This document shows, piece by piece, positions 8,688-17,704 of a stretch of 64,000 nt of DNA (the stretch's first letter is position 1; each line of letters opens with the position of its first letter). The stretch covers positions 4,470 to 68,469 of the forward strand of contig JBKPHS010000157.1 of NCBI GenBank assembly GCA_046729975.1, read 5' to 3'. Below the pieces are notes generated by a model. It was not told where the DNA came from. It worked only from the letters and a program-made list of their open reading frames with translations, and did no database searches. The DNA comes from Actinomycetota bacterium. Its GTDB lineage: Bacteria > Actinomycetota > Thermoleophilia > Solirubrobacterales > Thermoleophilaceae. Position numbers and translations under genes: made by a program.

Positions 8688-10551
8688 GGCTCGTCCCCTT
8701 CACTTCCTTCTTCTCCTCGCCCTTGACCCCGAACAGCGCGGCGAGGATACGGCGCGCGTCCGGCGCCGCGGTCTCGGCGCCGAACCCTCCCGCCTCGTCC
8801 GTCACCGCCACAACGTACCGAGGCTTGGGATAGGGAGCCAGCGCGACGTACCAGGACTGGTCCGCGCGACCGAGCCCCTTCTCCGCCGTGCCGGTCTTCC
8901 CGGCCACCGGGATCGGGAAGTCCTTGAACACCGGCTGCGATGTGCCGCCCGGCGCGCTCGCCGCCGAGTGCAGGCCGTCGAGGATCGCCTGCCGGTACTC
9001 CGGGTTGATCCGAAGGCGGCGCCGGGCCGGGGTCTCGAATTCCTGGACGACCCGGCCGTCTGAGTCCTCGATCCGCTGGCCGAGGTGCGGACGGACGACC
9101 TTGCCGCCGTTGGCGATCGTCGCGTACGCAACCGCCATCTGGAGCGGGTCCGCCTGAAGGTCACCCTGTCCCACAGCGAGGTTGATGTTGTCTCCCGCCG
9201 ACCACGGCCGCTCGGTCTGCCCCTTCTTGAACAGCCGGTTGCGCCATTCGGGGCTCGGGATCAGGCCGCTGGACTCTCCCGGCAGGTCGATGCCGGTGGT
9301 GTGCCCGATCCCGAGGCGGCTCGCCCAGTGCTGGAGCACGCGGCCGTCGCCTGCGCCGTTCGCCTCGAGGCCGAGCCGGTAGAAGAAGACGTCGCTCGAG
9401 ACCGACAGCGCCTGCCGCAGCGCGAGCGCGCCGTGCGCGGCGCCGCCCGCGTTCTTGAAGGTGACGCCGCCGACCTTCAGGGAGCCGCCGTCGAACAGCA
9501 CGGTGCCCGGCGTGATCAGGCCTCCCTCGAGGGCTGCGGTCGCGGTGATCAGCTTGAAGGTCGAGCCCGTCGGATAGAGGCCCTGGATCGCACGGTTGGC
9601 CAGCGGCTCGCCCAGCTCCTTGGAGGAGAGGCGGTCGAAGTCCCTCTGCCTGATGACCTTGGCGAAGATGTTCGGATCGAACGACGGCGCCGACCCGAGC
9701 GCGCGGATCTCGCCGGTGTTTACGTCCATCACCACGAACGCGCCGCGCCGGCCGGCGAGCGCCTCCTGGCCGACACGCTGCACATCGAGATCGACGGACA
9801 GGCGCAGCCGCTGCCCCTGACGTGGCTCCTTCTCCCCCAGCCGCCCCTTGAGCGTCCCGAGAGCGTCCACCTGGACGCGCGTCGCGCCGTTCTGGCCGCG
9901 CAGGAAGCGGTCGTAGGAGTACTCGATGCCGGACTGGCCCACGCGATCGCCCTGCGTCACGCCGCGATAGCGCTCGTCCTTCAGCTGCTCCCTGGTGACC
10001 TCGCCGACGGTGCCGAACAGGTGGGCCCCGATCTGCTTGTGCGGATACTCCCGCAGGAAGACGCGCTCGACGGTCACGCCCGGGAAGCGCTCCTGCTTCT
10101 CGAGGATGTAGGAGAAGACCGGCCGGCTCACGTCGGGCTTCACCGTGGCCGTGGCGAACGGCTGCGCGCGGAGCTGGTCGCGCACGGTGGTCCGGATCTC
10201 ACGCGGCGACATCCCGACCACGCGACCGAGCCGCTTGTAGAGGGCGGTCTTGTGTGCCTGCTGCCGCGGCAGCTTGTCGGGGGTGATCTTCACTGCGAGC
10301 GAGGGGCGGTTGTCCACGAGCGTGTGGCCGTCGCGATCGACGATCTCGCCGCGCGGGGCCTGAACCTTGATCTCGCGCACCCGGTTGTCGTTGGCCTCGG
10401 CGAGGTAGCGGTCGCCAGAGAGCACCTGGAGGTACCAGAGGCGGAAGAAGATCACCGCGAACAGCACGAGCGCGATGCCGCCGAGGATCGCGACGCGAAT
10501 CGCGAGCTGCGGGGTGATCGTCGGGCGCCGGGGGTCGGAGTCGAGGTACAT
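8680..10551 (-). CDS. mrdA: penicillin-binding protein 2 (elongasome transpeptidase)
   Basis: 623 aa with N-terminal TM, SxxK (GSTFK) and KTG (AGKTGTAE). Lies between mreD and rodA. Confidence 0.9.
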   Translation of the reverse strand: MYLDSDPRRPTITPQLAIRVAILGGIALVLFAVIFFRLWYLQVLSGDRYLAEANDNRVREIKVQAPRGEIVDRDGHTLVDNRPSLAVKITPDKLPRQQAHKTALYKRLGRVVGMSPREIRTTVRDQLRAQPFATATVKPDVSRPVFSYILEKQERFPGVTVERVFLREYPHKQIGAHLFGTVGEVTREQLKDERYRGVTQGDRVGQSGIEYSYDRFLRGQNGATRVQVDALGTLKGRLGEKEPRQGQRLRLSVDLDVQRVGQEALAGRRGAFVVMDVNTGEIRALGSAPSFDPNIFAKVIRQRDFDRLSSKELGEPLANRAIQGLYPTGSTFKLITATAALEGGLITPGTVLFDGGSLKVGGVTFKNAGGAAHGALALRQALSVSSDVFFYRLGLEANGAGDGRVLQHWASRLGIGHTTGIDLPGESSGLIPSPEWRNRLFKKGQTERPWSAGDNINLAVGQGDLQADPLQMAVAYATIANGGKVVRPHLGQRIEDSDGRVVQEFETPARRRLRINPEYRQAILDGLHSAASAPGGTSQPVFKDFPIPVAGKTGTAEKGLGRADQSWYVALAPYPKPRYVVAVTDEAGGFGAETAAPDARRILAALFGVKGEEKKEVKGTSPD

Positions 10552-10560
10552 CCGGATCTC

Positions 10561-11136
10561 CTAGACCTCGAGCCCGCGAAGGCCGATCGGGCCTGCCTCG
10601 CGCGCGCGGGAACGGCGCCTGCGCGCGTAGGGGTCGGCGATCAGGACCGGGCGCAGCAGGCGCCGGACCAGTGCGAAGAACGGCAGCGCCAGCAGCGCGT
10701 TGAGGATCACGGTCACGATCATGTCGCGGAAGACGACGGCACTGACCGACGCCTCGATCTCGAGCATGAAGCTGACCGCCGCGAAGCCGATCACCCACTC
10801 GGCCGTCGCGCCGGCGGCGACGGCGACGGGCAGCAGCCCGTGCGAGGGATCCCGCAGCTCGCGGTAGCGGCCGACCGAATAGCCGACCGCCGTCAGGACG
10901 AGGGAGGACGCGCCCAGGTTCTGGCCCAGCGCCAGGTCGAACAGGAGGCCGGCTGCGAACCCCGTGACCGAGCCGCTGATAGCGCCGCTGAAGAAGGCGA
11001 CCGCCGCGACCGCGAGCACCACGAGGTCGGCGCTCCCGCCGAGGATGCGAATGTCCCCCACGGCCGAGATCTGGAGAACGACGGCGGCGAAAACCATCGC
11101 CGAGACGCGCAGGATGGATCCGGGCGTGGGGATCAA
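10561..11136 (-). CDS. mreD: rod shape-determining protein MreD
   Basis: 191-aa polytopic membrane protein directly after mreC, overlapping it by 4 nt. Confidence 0.75.
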   Translation of the reverse strand: MIPTPGSILRVSAMVFAAVVLQISAVGDIRILGGSADLVVLAVAAVAFFSGAISGSVTGFAAGLLFDLALGQNLGASSLVLTAVGYSVGRYRELRDPSHGLLPVAVAAGATAEWVIGFAAVSFMLEIEASVSAVVFRDMIVTVILNALLALPFFALVRRLLRPVLIADPYARRRRSRAREAGPIGLRGLEV

Positions 11137-12020
11137 GGCGCCCCCACCTGGGCCCGGGCGGTCGCGGGCTTGTGGGTCAGGACCTGGACGTAGTCCATGC
11201 GTCGCAGGTCCGCGTATGGCCTGATGTGCACCCGCTGGTAGAGCTCGACCTCGTCGGAGTCGACCCGCGTGACCCTCCCGATCGGGACGCCTCGCGGGAA
11301 CAGGGACTCGAGCCGGGACGAGCGGAAGCCCGAGGTCACAACGGTCGCGCCCCTCGCGACCTTGCGGCCCTTCTGGATGAACTCGAGCAGCAGGTCGTCG
11401 GGACGTCCCACCTCGGGCTTGACGATCCCCGTCGTCCCGTCGGGCATCACCTGGCCGGACACCGCGCTCGACGCGTCGGTGATAAGCGTGACGCGCGCGG
11501 TGCCCGACGCGACCGAGGTGACCTTGCCGGCAAGGCCGTCGCCCGTGATGACGGGCTGGTCGACCTCGAGCCCGTCGCTCGAGCCCTTGTTGACCTGCAC
11601 CGTCGAGTACCAGACCGTCGGCGAGCGGGCGATCACTCGCGCGGTGACCGGCTCGACGCCGCGCGGGAAGGTCTCCTGCTCATGGATCGAGCGCAGTGAT
11701 CCGAGCTGCTGGACGTCGCGCTGCTGGGTCTGCGCCCGGGCAAGCTCACGCCGCAGCCGCGAGACCTCGTCCTTCAGCTCCTCGTTATCCCCCTTGGCGT
11801 CGAGCACGTCGCCCGTCCAGCCGGCGAGGTCGCGGAACGGCTTGGCGGCCTTGCTCACACCGGTCTCGATCGGCGCGAGCGCCTCCTGCGCGCCCCGCTG
11901 GACGGCGTGCAGGCCGCCCCCGGTGGACTCGCCGAAGTACGCCGTCAGCAGCACCAGCGAGAGGCCGATCAAGACGGCCAGCACCGCCCGCCGCCTGCGG
12001 ACAACCTTCCTGTCATACAC
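11133..12020 (-). CDS. mreC: rod shape-determining protein MreC
   Basis: 295 aa with N-terminal TM, a coiled-coil segment (ELKDEVSRLRRELARAQTQ) and a beta-rich C-terminal domain. Lies between mreB and mreD. Confidence 0.85.
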   Translation of the reverse strand: MYDRKVVRRRRAVLAVLIGLSLVLLTAYFGESTGGGLHAVQRGAQEALAPIETGVSKAAKPFRDLAGWTGDVLDAKGDNEELKDEVSRLRRELARAQTQQRDVQQLGSLRSIHEQETFPRGVEPVTARVIARSPTVWYSTVQVNKGSSDGLEVDQPVITGDGLAGKVTSVASGTARVTLITDASSAVSGQVMPDGTTGIVKPEVGRPDDLLLEFIQKGRKVARGATVVTSGFRSSRLESLFPRGVPIGRVTRVDSDEVELYQRVHIRPYADLRRMDYVQVLTHKPATARAQVGAP

Positions 12021-12041
12021 GGGAGTCCGCCTCCGTGCGGG

Positions 12042-13088
12042 CTAGTAGCGCCGGCGCTGTCGGGAGTTCCGGTTGCTGCGGTGAATGGCCTCGAACTCCT
12101 CGAGCGAGCGCCCCGAGCCGACAGCCACGCAGGTGAGCGGCGACTCCGCGAGGTGCGCCGGCATCTGGGTCTCGTCACGAAGCCGCTCGTCGAGGCCCTG
12201 GAGCAGCGAGCCGCCTCCCGCCAGCATGATCCCGCGGTCCATGATGTCGGCAGCGAGCTCCGGCGGCGTGCGGTCGAGCGTCTCCTTGACGGCGTCGATG
12301 ATCGCCTGCAGCGGCTCCTCGAGCGCGAGGCGAACCTCCTCGCTCGTCAGCACCACGGTCTTGGGCAGCCCAGAGACGAGGTCACGGCCGCGGATCTCGG
12401 CCTGCACCTCCTCGTCGAGCGGGAACGCGGAGCCGATCTCGAGCTTGACCTCCTCGGCCGTCTGCTGGCCGATCATCAGCTTGTACTCGCGCTTGACGTA
12501 GTTGATGATCGCCTCGTCGAGCTCGTCGCCGCCGATCCGAATCGACTGCGACACGACGATGCCGCCGAGCGAGATCACCGCAACCTCGCTCGTGCCTCCT
12601 CCGACGTCCACCACCATGTTCCCCGTTGGCTCGCCCACCGGCAGCCCGGCTCCGATCGCGGCCGCCATGGGCTCTTCGATCAGGTAGGCCTGGCGGGCGC
12701 CGGCAGAGAGGCAGGCCTCCTCCACCGCGCGCTTCTCGACGCCCGTCACGCCCGAGGGCACGCACACGACAACCCGCGGATGGGCCCAGCGGTTCTGGTG
12801 CACCTTCTGGATGAAGTGCCGAAGCATCTGCTCGGTCACGTCGAAGTCCGCGATCACGCCGTCCTTGAGCGGCCGGATCGCCGAGATCGTCCCGGGCGTT
12901 CGCCCGAGCATGCGCTTGGCCTCGATGCCCACCGCGTGAACCTCGGCGCTACGGGAGTCGATCGCAACCACCGAGGGCTCGGACAGCACGATGCCGCGGC
13001 CCCGGACATACACGAGCGTGTTCGCGGTCCCCAGGTCGACCGCCATGTCACGGCCGCCGAAGCCCGTCAGGTAGGAGAAGAAGCCCAC
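12042..13088 (-). CDS. mreB: actin-like rod shape-determining protein MreB
   Basis: 348 aa with [11 protein letters not shown] and [17 protein letters not shown] actin-fold phosphate motifs. GTG start. Confidence 0.95.
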   Translation of the reverse strand: MGFFSYLTGFGGRDMAVDLGTANTLVYVRGRGIVLSEPSVVAIDSRSAEVHAVGIEAKRMLGRTPGTISAIRPLKDGVIADFDVTEQMLRHFIQKVHQNRWAHPRVVVCVPSGVTGVEKRAVEEACLSAGARQAYLIEEPMAAAIGAGLPVGEPTGNMVVDVGGGTSEVAVISLGGIVVSQSIRIGGDELDEAIINYVKREYKLMIGQQTAEEVKLEIGSAFPLDEEVQAEIRGRDLVSGLPKTVVLTSEEVRLALEEPLQAIIDAVKETLDRTPPELAADIMDRGIMLAGGGSLLQGLDERLRDETQMPAHLAESPLTCVAVGSGRSLEEFEAIHRSNRNSRQRRRY

Positions 13089-13298
13089 GTTTGGATACGG
13101 AGATTAAGCTGCCTTGCGGCAGCAAGCGACAACAGGCGGCCCTGAAGAAAATCCTGCAGCCGCGACCTGCCTGCGAGCGCCAAGGATAACGCAGGAGCGC
13201 ATCGCGGCAGGTTCGGCTAGCGTTGCCGCCAAGCTGGCTCTAGAATTCCCGTAGGGAACGGAGTCCAAGCCACGTTGCAGGCGGCAGGGGGTGTCGCA

Positions 13299-13985
13299 AT
13301 GACGGGCCGGTGGCCGGACGCCATCTCGATAGCTGAAGAGGAGCCGACGCGCGTCCTGCTCGTGGACGACCACGGGCTGTTCCGCCGAGGCCTGCGGGAG
13401 CTCCTCGAGGAGCACGGACTCGCGATCGTCGGAGAGGCCGCGAGCGGCGAGGAAGCCGTCGAGCTCGCCGGCAAGCTGGCGCCCGACGTCGTGGTGATGG
13501 ATCTGAACATGCCGGGCATCTCCGGCGTCGACGCCACGCGGCGTGTGGCCGAAAGGTCACCCGCCACCCGCGTCGTGGTCCTCACGATCTCCGCGGACGA
13601 CTCCGACCTGGTCGAGGCGATCGTCGCCGGGGCATGCGGCTACGTGCTGAAGGACGCCGCCATCGAGCAGATCCTCCTGGGCATCCGCGCGGCGGCGTCC
13701 GGCGAGTCCTTGATCTCGCCGCGGATCGCGGGGCGCCTGCTGGAACGGGTGCGGCTCGACGACGAGCGGGCTCGCGATGCCGAGCGCCTGCAGACCGAGC
13801 TGTCGGAGCGCGAGCTCGAGGTCCTGGCGTTGCTCGCCCGCGGCAAGGACAACCGCGAGATCGCGACGGAGCTCTACGTCAGCCCGCCAACCGTCAAGAA
13901 CCACATCTCGAGCATCCTCGCGAAGCTCCACATGGAGAACCGCATACAGGCGGCGGTCTACGCGGCGAAGACCGGCCTGGTCTAG
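13299..13985 (+). CDS. NarL/FixJ-type response regulator (receiver + LuxR HTH), no adjacent kinase on its strand
   Basis: Receiver domain (RVLLVDDH ... VVVMDLNMPGISG) and LuxR HTH (LSERELEVLALLARGKDNREIATELYVSPPTVKNHISSIL). ATG 13299 with a GGGGG 8 nt upstream is preferred over the track start TTG 13275. Confidence 0.85.
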   Translation: MTGRWPDAISIAEEEPTRVLLVDDHGLFRRGLRELLEEHGLAIVGEAASGEEAVELAGKLAPDVVVMDLNMPGISGVDATRRVAERSPATRVVVLTISADDSDLVEAIVAGACGYVLKDAAIEQILLGIRAAASGESLISPRIAGRLLERVRLDDERARDAERLQTELSERELEVLALLARGKDNREIATELYVSPPTVKNHISSILAKLHMENRIQAAVYAAKTGLV

Positions 13986-14629
13986 CTCGACTCGTCGAGC
14001 ATGCGGACGGCGGCGTCCCGGTCGGGTGCGTCGAGCTTGCCGAGCAGTGACGAGACGTGCCGCCGGACCGTTACCGGGGAGAGCGACAGCCGCTCCGCGA
14101 TCTGCGCGGTGCTCAGTCCATCCCGCAGCAGCTCGATCACCTGCCATTCGCGGCTGGTCAGCTCGACCCCGCGCCGGCCGCGAAGCGGCAGCCGGCGGCG
14201 CCGGCCGGGGCCGCGGTACTCGTCGATCAGGCGCGTGACCAGGCTCCGGGGCAGCGCGGCCTCGCCCGCGAGCACGCCGTGCAACGCGTGCGGCAGCCTC
14301 GCCGGGTCGGTGTCCTTCAGCAGGTAGCCGGCGGCGCCGGCGCGCAGCGCCTCGAAGAGGTCTTCGTCGTTGCGGGAGACCGTGAGCATCACGACCGCGG
14401 CCTCCGGCAGCTGCTGGGCGATCTCCCGGGCCGCCTTGATGCCGCTGCCAGGCATGTGCACGTCGAGCACGCACGCATCCGGTCGCTCCCGCTCGGCGGC
14501 TCGAACCGCCGCCGCGGCGTCGGAGACCTCCGCCACGACCTCGAACCCGCCGTCCTCGAGCGACTGGCGCACACCGAGCCGCGTCGGCGCGTGATCGTCC
14601 GCGATGAGCACGCGCAGCCGCTCGCTCAC
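13982..14629 (-). CDS. NarL/FixJ-type response regulator, partner of the upstream kinase
   Basis: Receiver (RVLIADDH ... CVLDVHMPGSG) and LuxR HTH (LTSREWQVIELLRDGLSTAQIAERLSLSPVTVRRHVSSLL). GTG start overlaps the kinase stop (GTGA 14626-14629). Confidence 0.9.
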   Translation of the reverse strand: MSERLRVLIADDHAPTRLGVRQSLEDGGFEVVAEVSDAAAAVRAAERERPDACVLDVHMPGSGIKAAREIAQQLPEAAVVMLTVSRNDEDLFEALRAGAAGYLLKDTDPARLPHALHGVLAGEAALPRSLVTRLIDEYRGPGRRRRLPLRGRRGVELTSREWQVIELLRDGLSTAQIAERLSLSPVTVRRHVSSLLGKLDAPDRDAAVRMLDESS

Positions 14630-16059
14630 GGGACCACCACCTCCACCGCGGTGCCATCCCCGGGCTCCGAGGACACAGACAGTTCGCCCCCGATCGCCTG
14701 GGCCCGCTCCCGCATGCTCGTGAGGCCGAAGCCGTGGCCGCGCTCGCGGGGGTCGAAGCCCCTGCCGTTGTCGGACACGCGCAGGCGCACCGCCGGTCCG
14801 TCCACGAGCTCGACCCTGATCGCGGACGCGCCGGCATGGCGGGTCGCGTTCGTGAGCGCCTCGCGGAGGATGCGCAGGAGGGCCTGCTGCGTCTGCGGAG
14901 CGACCTCGATGCCGCGAGAGAGCTCGAGCTCCACGTTTGCGCCGGCGCGCCCCGCAAGCGCCTCGGCCATCTGCGCTACCGACACGTCGAGCGGCTCGTC
15001 GGCCGGTCGAGTGAGGGCCGAGATCGCCGCGCGCGACTCATCGAGGGCGCGCTCAGCCGCCGTCGCGATGTGCCGGGCGGCAGGCTCGGCACGGAGGCGC
15101 CTGGACTGAGAGGAGATGTAGGCGAGCTCCTGCGCCAGGCCGTCGTGAAGCTCGCGCGCGATCCGGCGACGTTCGTCGAGCACCGCGCCCTCCGCGATCC
15201 GCCGCTGGTAGCGGGCGACCTGGCGAAGGGCTCCTACCAGCAGGACGGCATAGAGCGTGAGGCGGAACACGTCGCCGGTATAGACCCACTCCGAGTAGAT
15301 CGAGGGGAAGAGGAAGTAGTTCAGCCGGGCAGCAGCGCCAAGCGTGGCCGCGACGGCGATAAACGCGATCAGCTCGTCCCGATGGCGCTCTGCCTGTCTC
15401 ACGAAGCCCACTGCCGCAAGCGCGTAGAGGCACATCAGCACCACCTGGAGCGCCAGCACGCTTGCGTCGCCCACCACGCGGGGGCGGCCAGACGACTCCG
15501 GCGAGAGCGCGGGGTCTATGGCGGCCGGCAGCTTCGGCCCCGCGAGCGCCGCGAACAGCGCCACGAGCGCGACGGCGGCCGCTATGCCGCCGAGCGCTAC
15601 GAGCGCGGCGCGACCCGGTCGCCGCAGATGGATCTCGGGCGCGACTGCCGCGGCGGCGAACAGCGCAGCGGCGAGCAGCTGGCCAGTGAGCGTCCCCCAG
15701 GTCGAGAACTGGCCATCCGCGGCCCGTGCCGCGGCCGGCACGACCGCGAAAACGAGATTCGCGGCGGCGAACATGGCGAGCGAGGTGACGAGCAGCAGGT
15801 CGGATAGGCGGCCGCTCATCCTGAGGCGGCCGACGAGCAGGTAGCACGCCACGAGCGCGATGAGCGTGGCGGCCGTCTCGATCGCGATGTGCGTGGTCGG
15901 GCTGCGGTAAGCGAACGAGGTGAACGGCAGGACCGCGATGAGAACCGTCAGGCTTACCGCCACGGCCGCCGTCCACGCGCCGACCGCGCGTATCCGCCTC
16001 GCCAGGAGTGAACCCTGCCCGCTCACCAGTTTCTTTCTACCCGGTCGGAGCGCCGCCAT
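14626..16059 (-). CDS. sensor histidine kinase, HisKA_3 (NarX/DesK-type) with polytopic N-terminal sensor domain
   Basis: About 6-7 predicted TM helices in the first ~270 aa. H-box ELHDGLAQELAY, then HATPase_c (DNGRGF, GFGLTSMRERA). Confidence 0.85.
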   Translation of the reverse strand: MAALRPGRKKLVSGQGSLLARRIRAVGAWTAAVAVSLTVLIAVLPFTSFAYRSPTTHIAIETAATLIALVACYLLVGRLRMSGRLSDLLLVTSLAMFAAANLVFAVVPAAARAADGQFSTWGTLTGQLLAAALFAAAAVAPEIHLRRPGRAALVALGGIAAAVALVALFAALAGPKLPAAIDPALSPESSGRPRVVGDASVLALQVVLMCLYALAAVGFVRQAERHRDELIAFIAVAATLGAAARLNYFLFPSIYSEWVYTGDVFRLTLYAVLLVGALRQVARYQRRIAEGAVLDERRRIARELHDGLAQELAYISSQSRRLRAEPAARHIATAAERALDESRAAISALTRPADEPLDVSVAQMAEALAGRAGANVELELSRGIEVAPQTQQALLRILREALTNATRHAGASAIRVELVDGPAVRLRVSDNGRGFDPRERGHGFGLTSMRERAQAIGGELSVSSEPGDGTAVEVVVP

Positions 16060-16095
16060 TCAGCGGCGCCGCCCAGGGCCGAGCCGGGTTCGGCG

Positions 16096-16434
16096 CTAGA
16101 AGGCGGGGCTGGCTCGCCTGCCGAGGGACCGCAGCTCGGCCAGCGCGGACCGCAGCGAGCGCAACTCGACGTCCACGAGCGTCCGCCGGCGCGTCAGCTC
16201 GGCGATCCGCGTGGCCGCAGACCTCGGAAACGGACCGGTCGCGAGGCGGTCGATCTCGCGCTCGAGGCGATGGCGCTCGGCCTCGAGCAGCAGCACGTCC
16301 GCCAGGCCGTCGGTGATGAGCGACGTCAGCTCCCGCCAGTGCGGTGGAGCCGACCCGTCCCCCCGCCGGCGAAGGAGCTCCTCGATGCGCGCCTGCAGCA
16401 CAGGAGCGCCAAGGGCGCGGGCGAGACCGTCCAT
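16096..16434 (-). CDS. hypothetical 112-aa Arg/Leu/Glu-rich, probably coiled-coil cytoplasmic protein
   Basis: ORF whose ATG overlaps the stop of the upstream exported-protein gene by 1 nt (TGATG). No signal peptide or TM segment and no recognisable domain. Confidence 0.5.
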   Translation of the reverse strand: MDGLARALGAPVLQARIEELLRRRGDGSAPPHWRELTSLITDGLADVLLLEAERHRLEREIDRLATGPFPRSAATRIAELTRRRTLVDVELRSLRSALAELRSLGRRASPAF

Positions 16435-17000
16435 CAGGGTGAGTTCCCCGGCGCCATCCTCTGCGTCCAGAGATAGCCGACGCTCATCGAGGAGCCCTGA
16501 TAGCTGTTTCCGCTGGCCGACGGGAACGAGACGGTGAAGCGGTAGGTCCTCTGCTCGTCCTTGGCGAGCTGCCCGAGGTTCCGCTGCGTCATCGCCCCGA
16601 TCTTCCCCGCGTAGACGAGCACGGGAGAGCTCGGGTTCGTGATGTTCTGGATCGTGAGGTCCAGCTGGCTGGACAGGGCGCCCCCGCCCGACCCGGGGTT
16701 GTTCACGACGTTCTGCTTCTCGAGCGTGAAGGTGCTCTTCACCGCGCCGGTGTTCGTGATCGTGACGGTGTCGGAGCTCGAGTCGCCGGGCTTCATGTTC
16801 GAGATCGACAGGATTGCGCCGGGGCTCTTCGAGTTCGAGTGCGAGATCGGGCCTTGGCCGTTGCCGTTGCCGTTCGACGAGGCGACGTTCACGAACGGAC
16901 CGTCGGAACCGCGTTCCGCGACGCCGCCGAGCATGAGCGCGGCCGCCCAGAGCAGCATGAGGATCCCGGCCCAGAGCCCTATGCGACCGATCCGCCTCAT
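16434..17000 (-). CDS. exported TasA/camelysin-like protein (188 aa)
   Basis: The internal ATG at 17000 gives MRRIGRIGLWAGILMLLWAAALMLGG (signal or anchor). It shares NMKPGDSSSDTVTITNTG and a C-terminal GNSYQGSS...YLW motif with the 18393-18977 protein. ATGA overlap with the upstream gene stop. The track N-terminal extension to 17390 is antisense-like junk. Confidence 0.6.
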   Translation of the reverse strand: MRRIGRIGLWAGILMLLWAAALMLGGVAERGSDGPFVNVASSNGNGNGQGPISHSNSKSPGAILSISNMKPGDSSSDTVTITNTGAVKSTFTLEKQNVVNNPGSGGGALSSQLDLTIQNITNPSSPVLVYAGKIGAMTQRNLGQLAKDEQRTYRFTVSFPSASGNSYQGSSMSVGYLWTQRMAPGNSP

Positions 17001-17704
17001 TGGAATGTCACCGTCAGCTTCGGCCGATTCGCCTGCTCCGTCGGTGTGCTGCCGTACTCGCGGCTCCGGAACTCCGACGACCTCTGCGGCGTGGCGTCCT
17101 CGACCGAGTCCTTGATCAGGAAGCCGTTGTTCGCGTCGGCCCCGTACATCGCGGTGACCTGCGTCGTCACAGTCCAGTCGCGCGCGCCGACCGCGGAGGT
17201 CTGGGTCGCGGGCGCCTCGGTGGCGTTGGTGACCGTGGCCGGCTGGAGCAGCCATGTCACGCCTGCCCCACCACCGGGAAGCTCGAGCCACGTGCCCGCT
17301 GCCCCCGGGACGATCCGCCGAGCCTCGAGTGTCCGGCCGGGGCTCGCGTTCGCGGCAACGAGGCGCAGCGTGGCCGTCTGGACCGTGCACCCGGCGGGCT
17401 TCGAGGGAAGCGCGAAGTGCACGAGCGTCCGGCGGTTCTTACCGCTGTCGGAGCGCACGAACAGGCTCACGTCGCTCCCGAAGTTGTCGTCGCCGCCAGT
17501 GTCCTCCTTGACGTAGGCGTCACGGTCGGCCACGACCGTGTGCGGCGATGTGTCTGTGCATCCGGTGCCGAAGTTCGTGGAGGCGGTGTAGGTGTTGCCC
17601 GGGTTCGTGCTCTGCGCGCTGAACGTCGCGCCGGAGACAGACAGCGTGGCCGCGGCCACCGCGAGCCCGGCAAGAGCAGTGAGCCCCGCGAGATGGCGCC
17701 TCAT
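16997..17704 (-). CDS. exported protein: SipW-class signal peptide plus TasA-type N-terminal segment, fused to a DNRLRE/CBM-like beta domain (235 aa)
   Basis: ATG 17704 gives MRRHLAGLTALAGLAVAAATLSVSGATFSAQSTNPGNTYTAST. The body (DRDAYVKEDTGGDDNFGSDVSLFVRSDSGKNRRTLVHFAL ... GFLIKD) resembles the DNRLRE / carbohydrate-binding-module type. ATGA overlaps at both ends. Confidence 0.6.
   Translation of the reverse strand: MRRHLAGLTALAGLAVAAATLSVSGATFSAQSTNPGNTYTASTNFGTGCTDTSPHTVVADRDAYVKEDTGGDDNFGSDVSLFVRSDSGKNRRTLVHFALPSKPAGCTVQTATLRLVAANASPGRTLEARRIVPGAAGTWLELPGGGAGVTWLLQPATVTNATEAPATQTSAVGARDWTVTTQVTAMYGADANNGFLIKDSVEDATPQRSSEFRSREYGSTPTEQANRPKLTVTFQ

Noticed and set aside
9085-11193. 702-aa plus-strand ORF (largest non-annotated ORF in the track)
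   Set aside because: It is entirely antisense to mrdA and mreD, which have clear family motifs. Its composition is Arg/Ala/Gly/Asp/Pro-dominated with no motifs, as expected for open antisense frames in very GC-rich DNA.
13089-13298. Structured RNA or riboswitch in the 210-nt mreB / LuxR-regulator divergent region
   Set aside because: Several short hairpins are present (GCTGCC-TTGC-GGCAGC, CCTGCG...CGCAGG, TTCCC-GTA-GGGAA). None shows an arrangement matching a riboswitch or sRNA class I recognise. It is most simply two divergent promoters and 5' UTRs.
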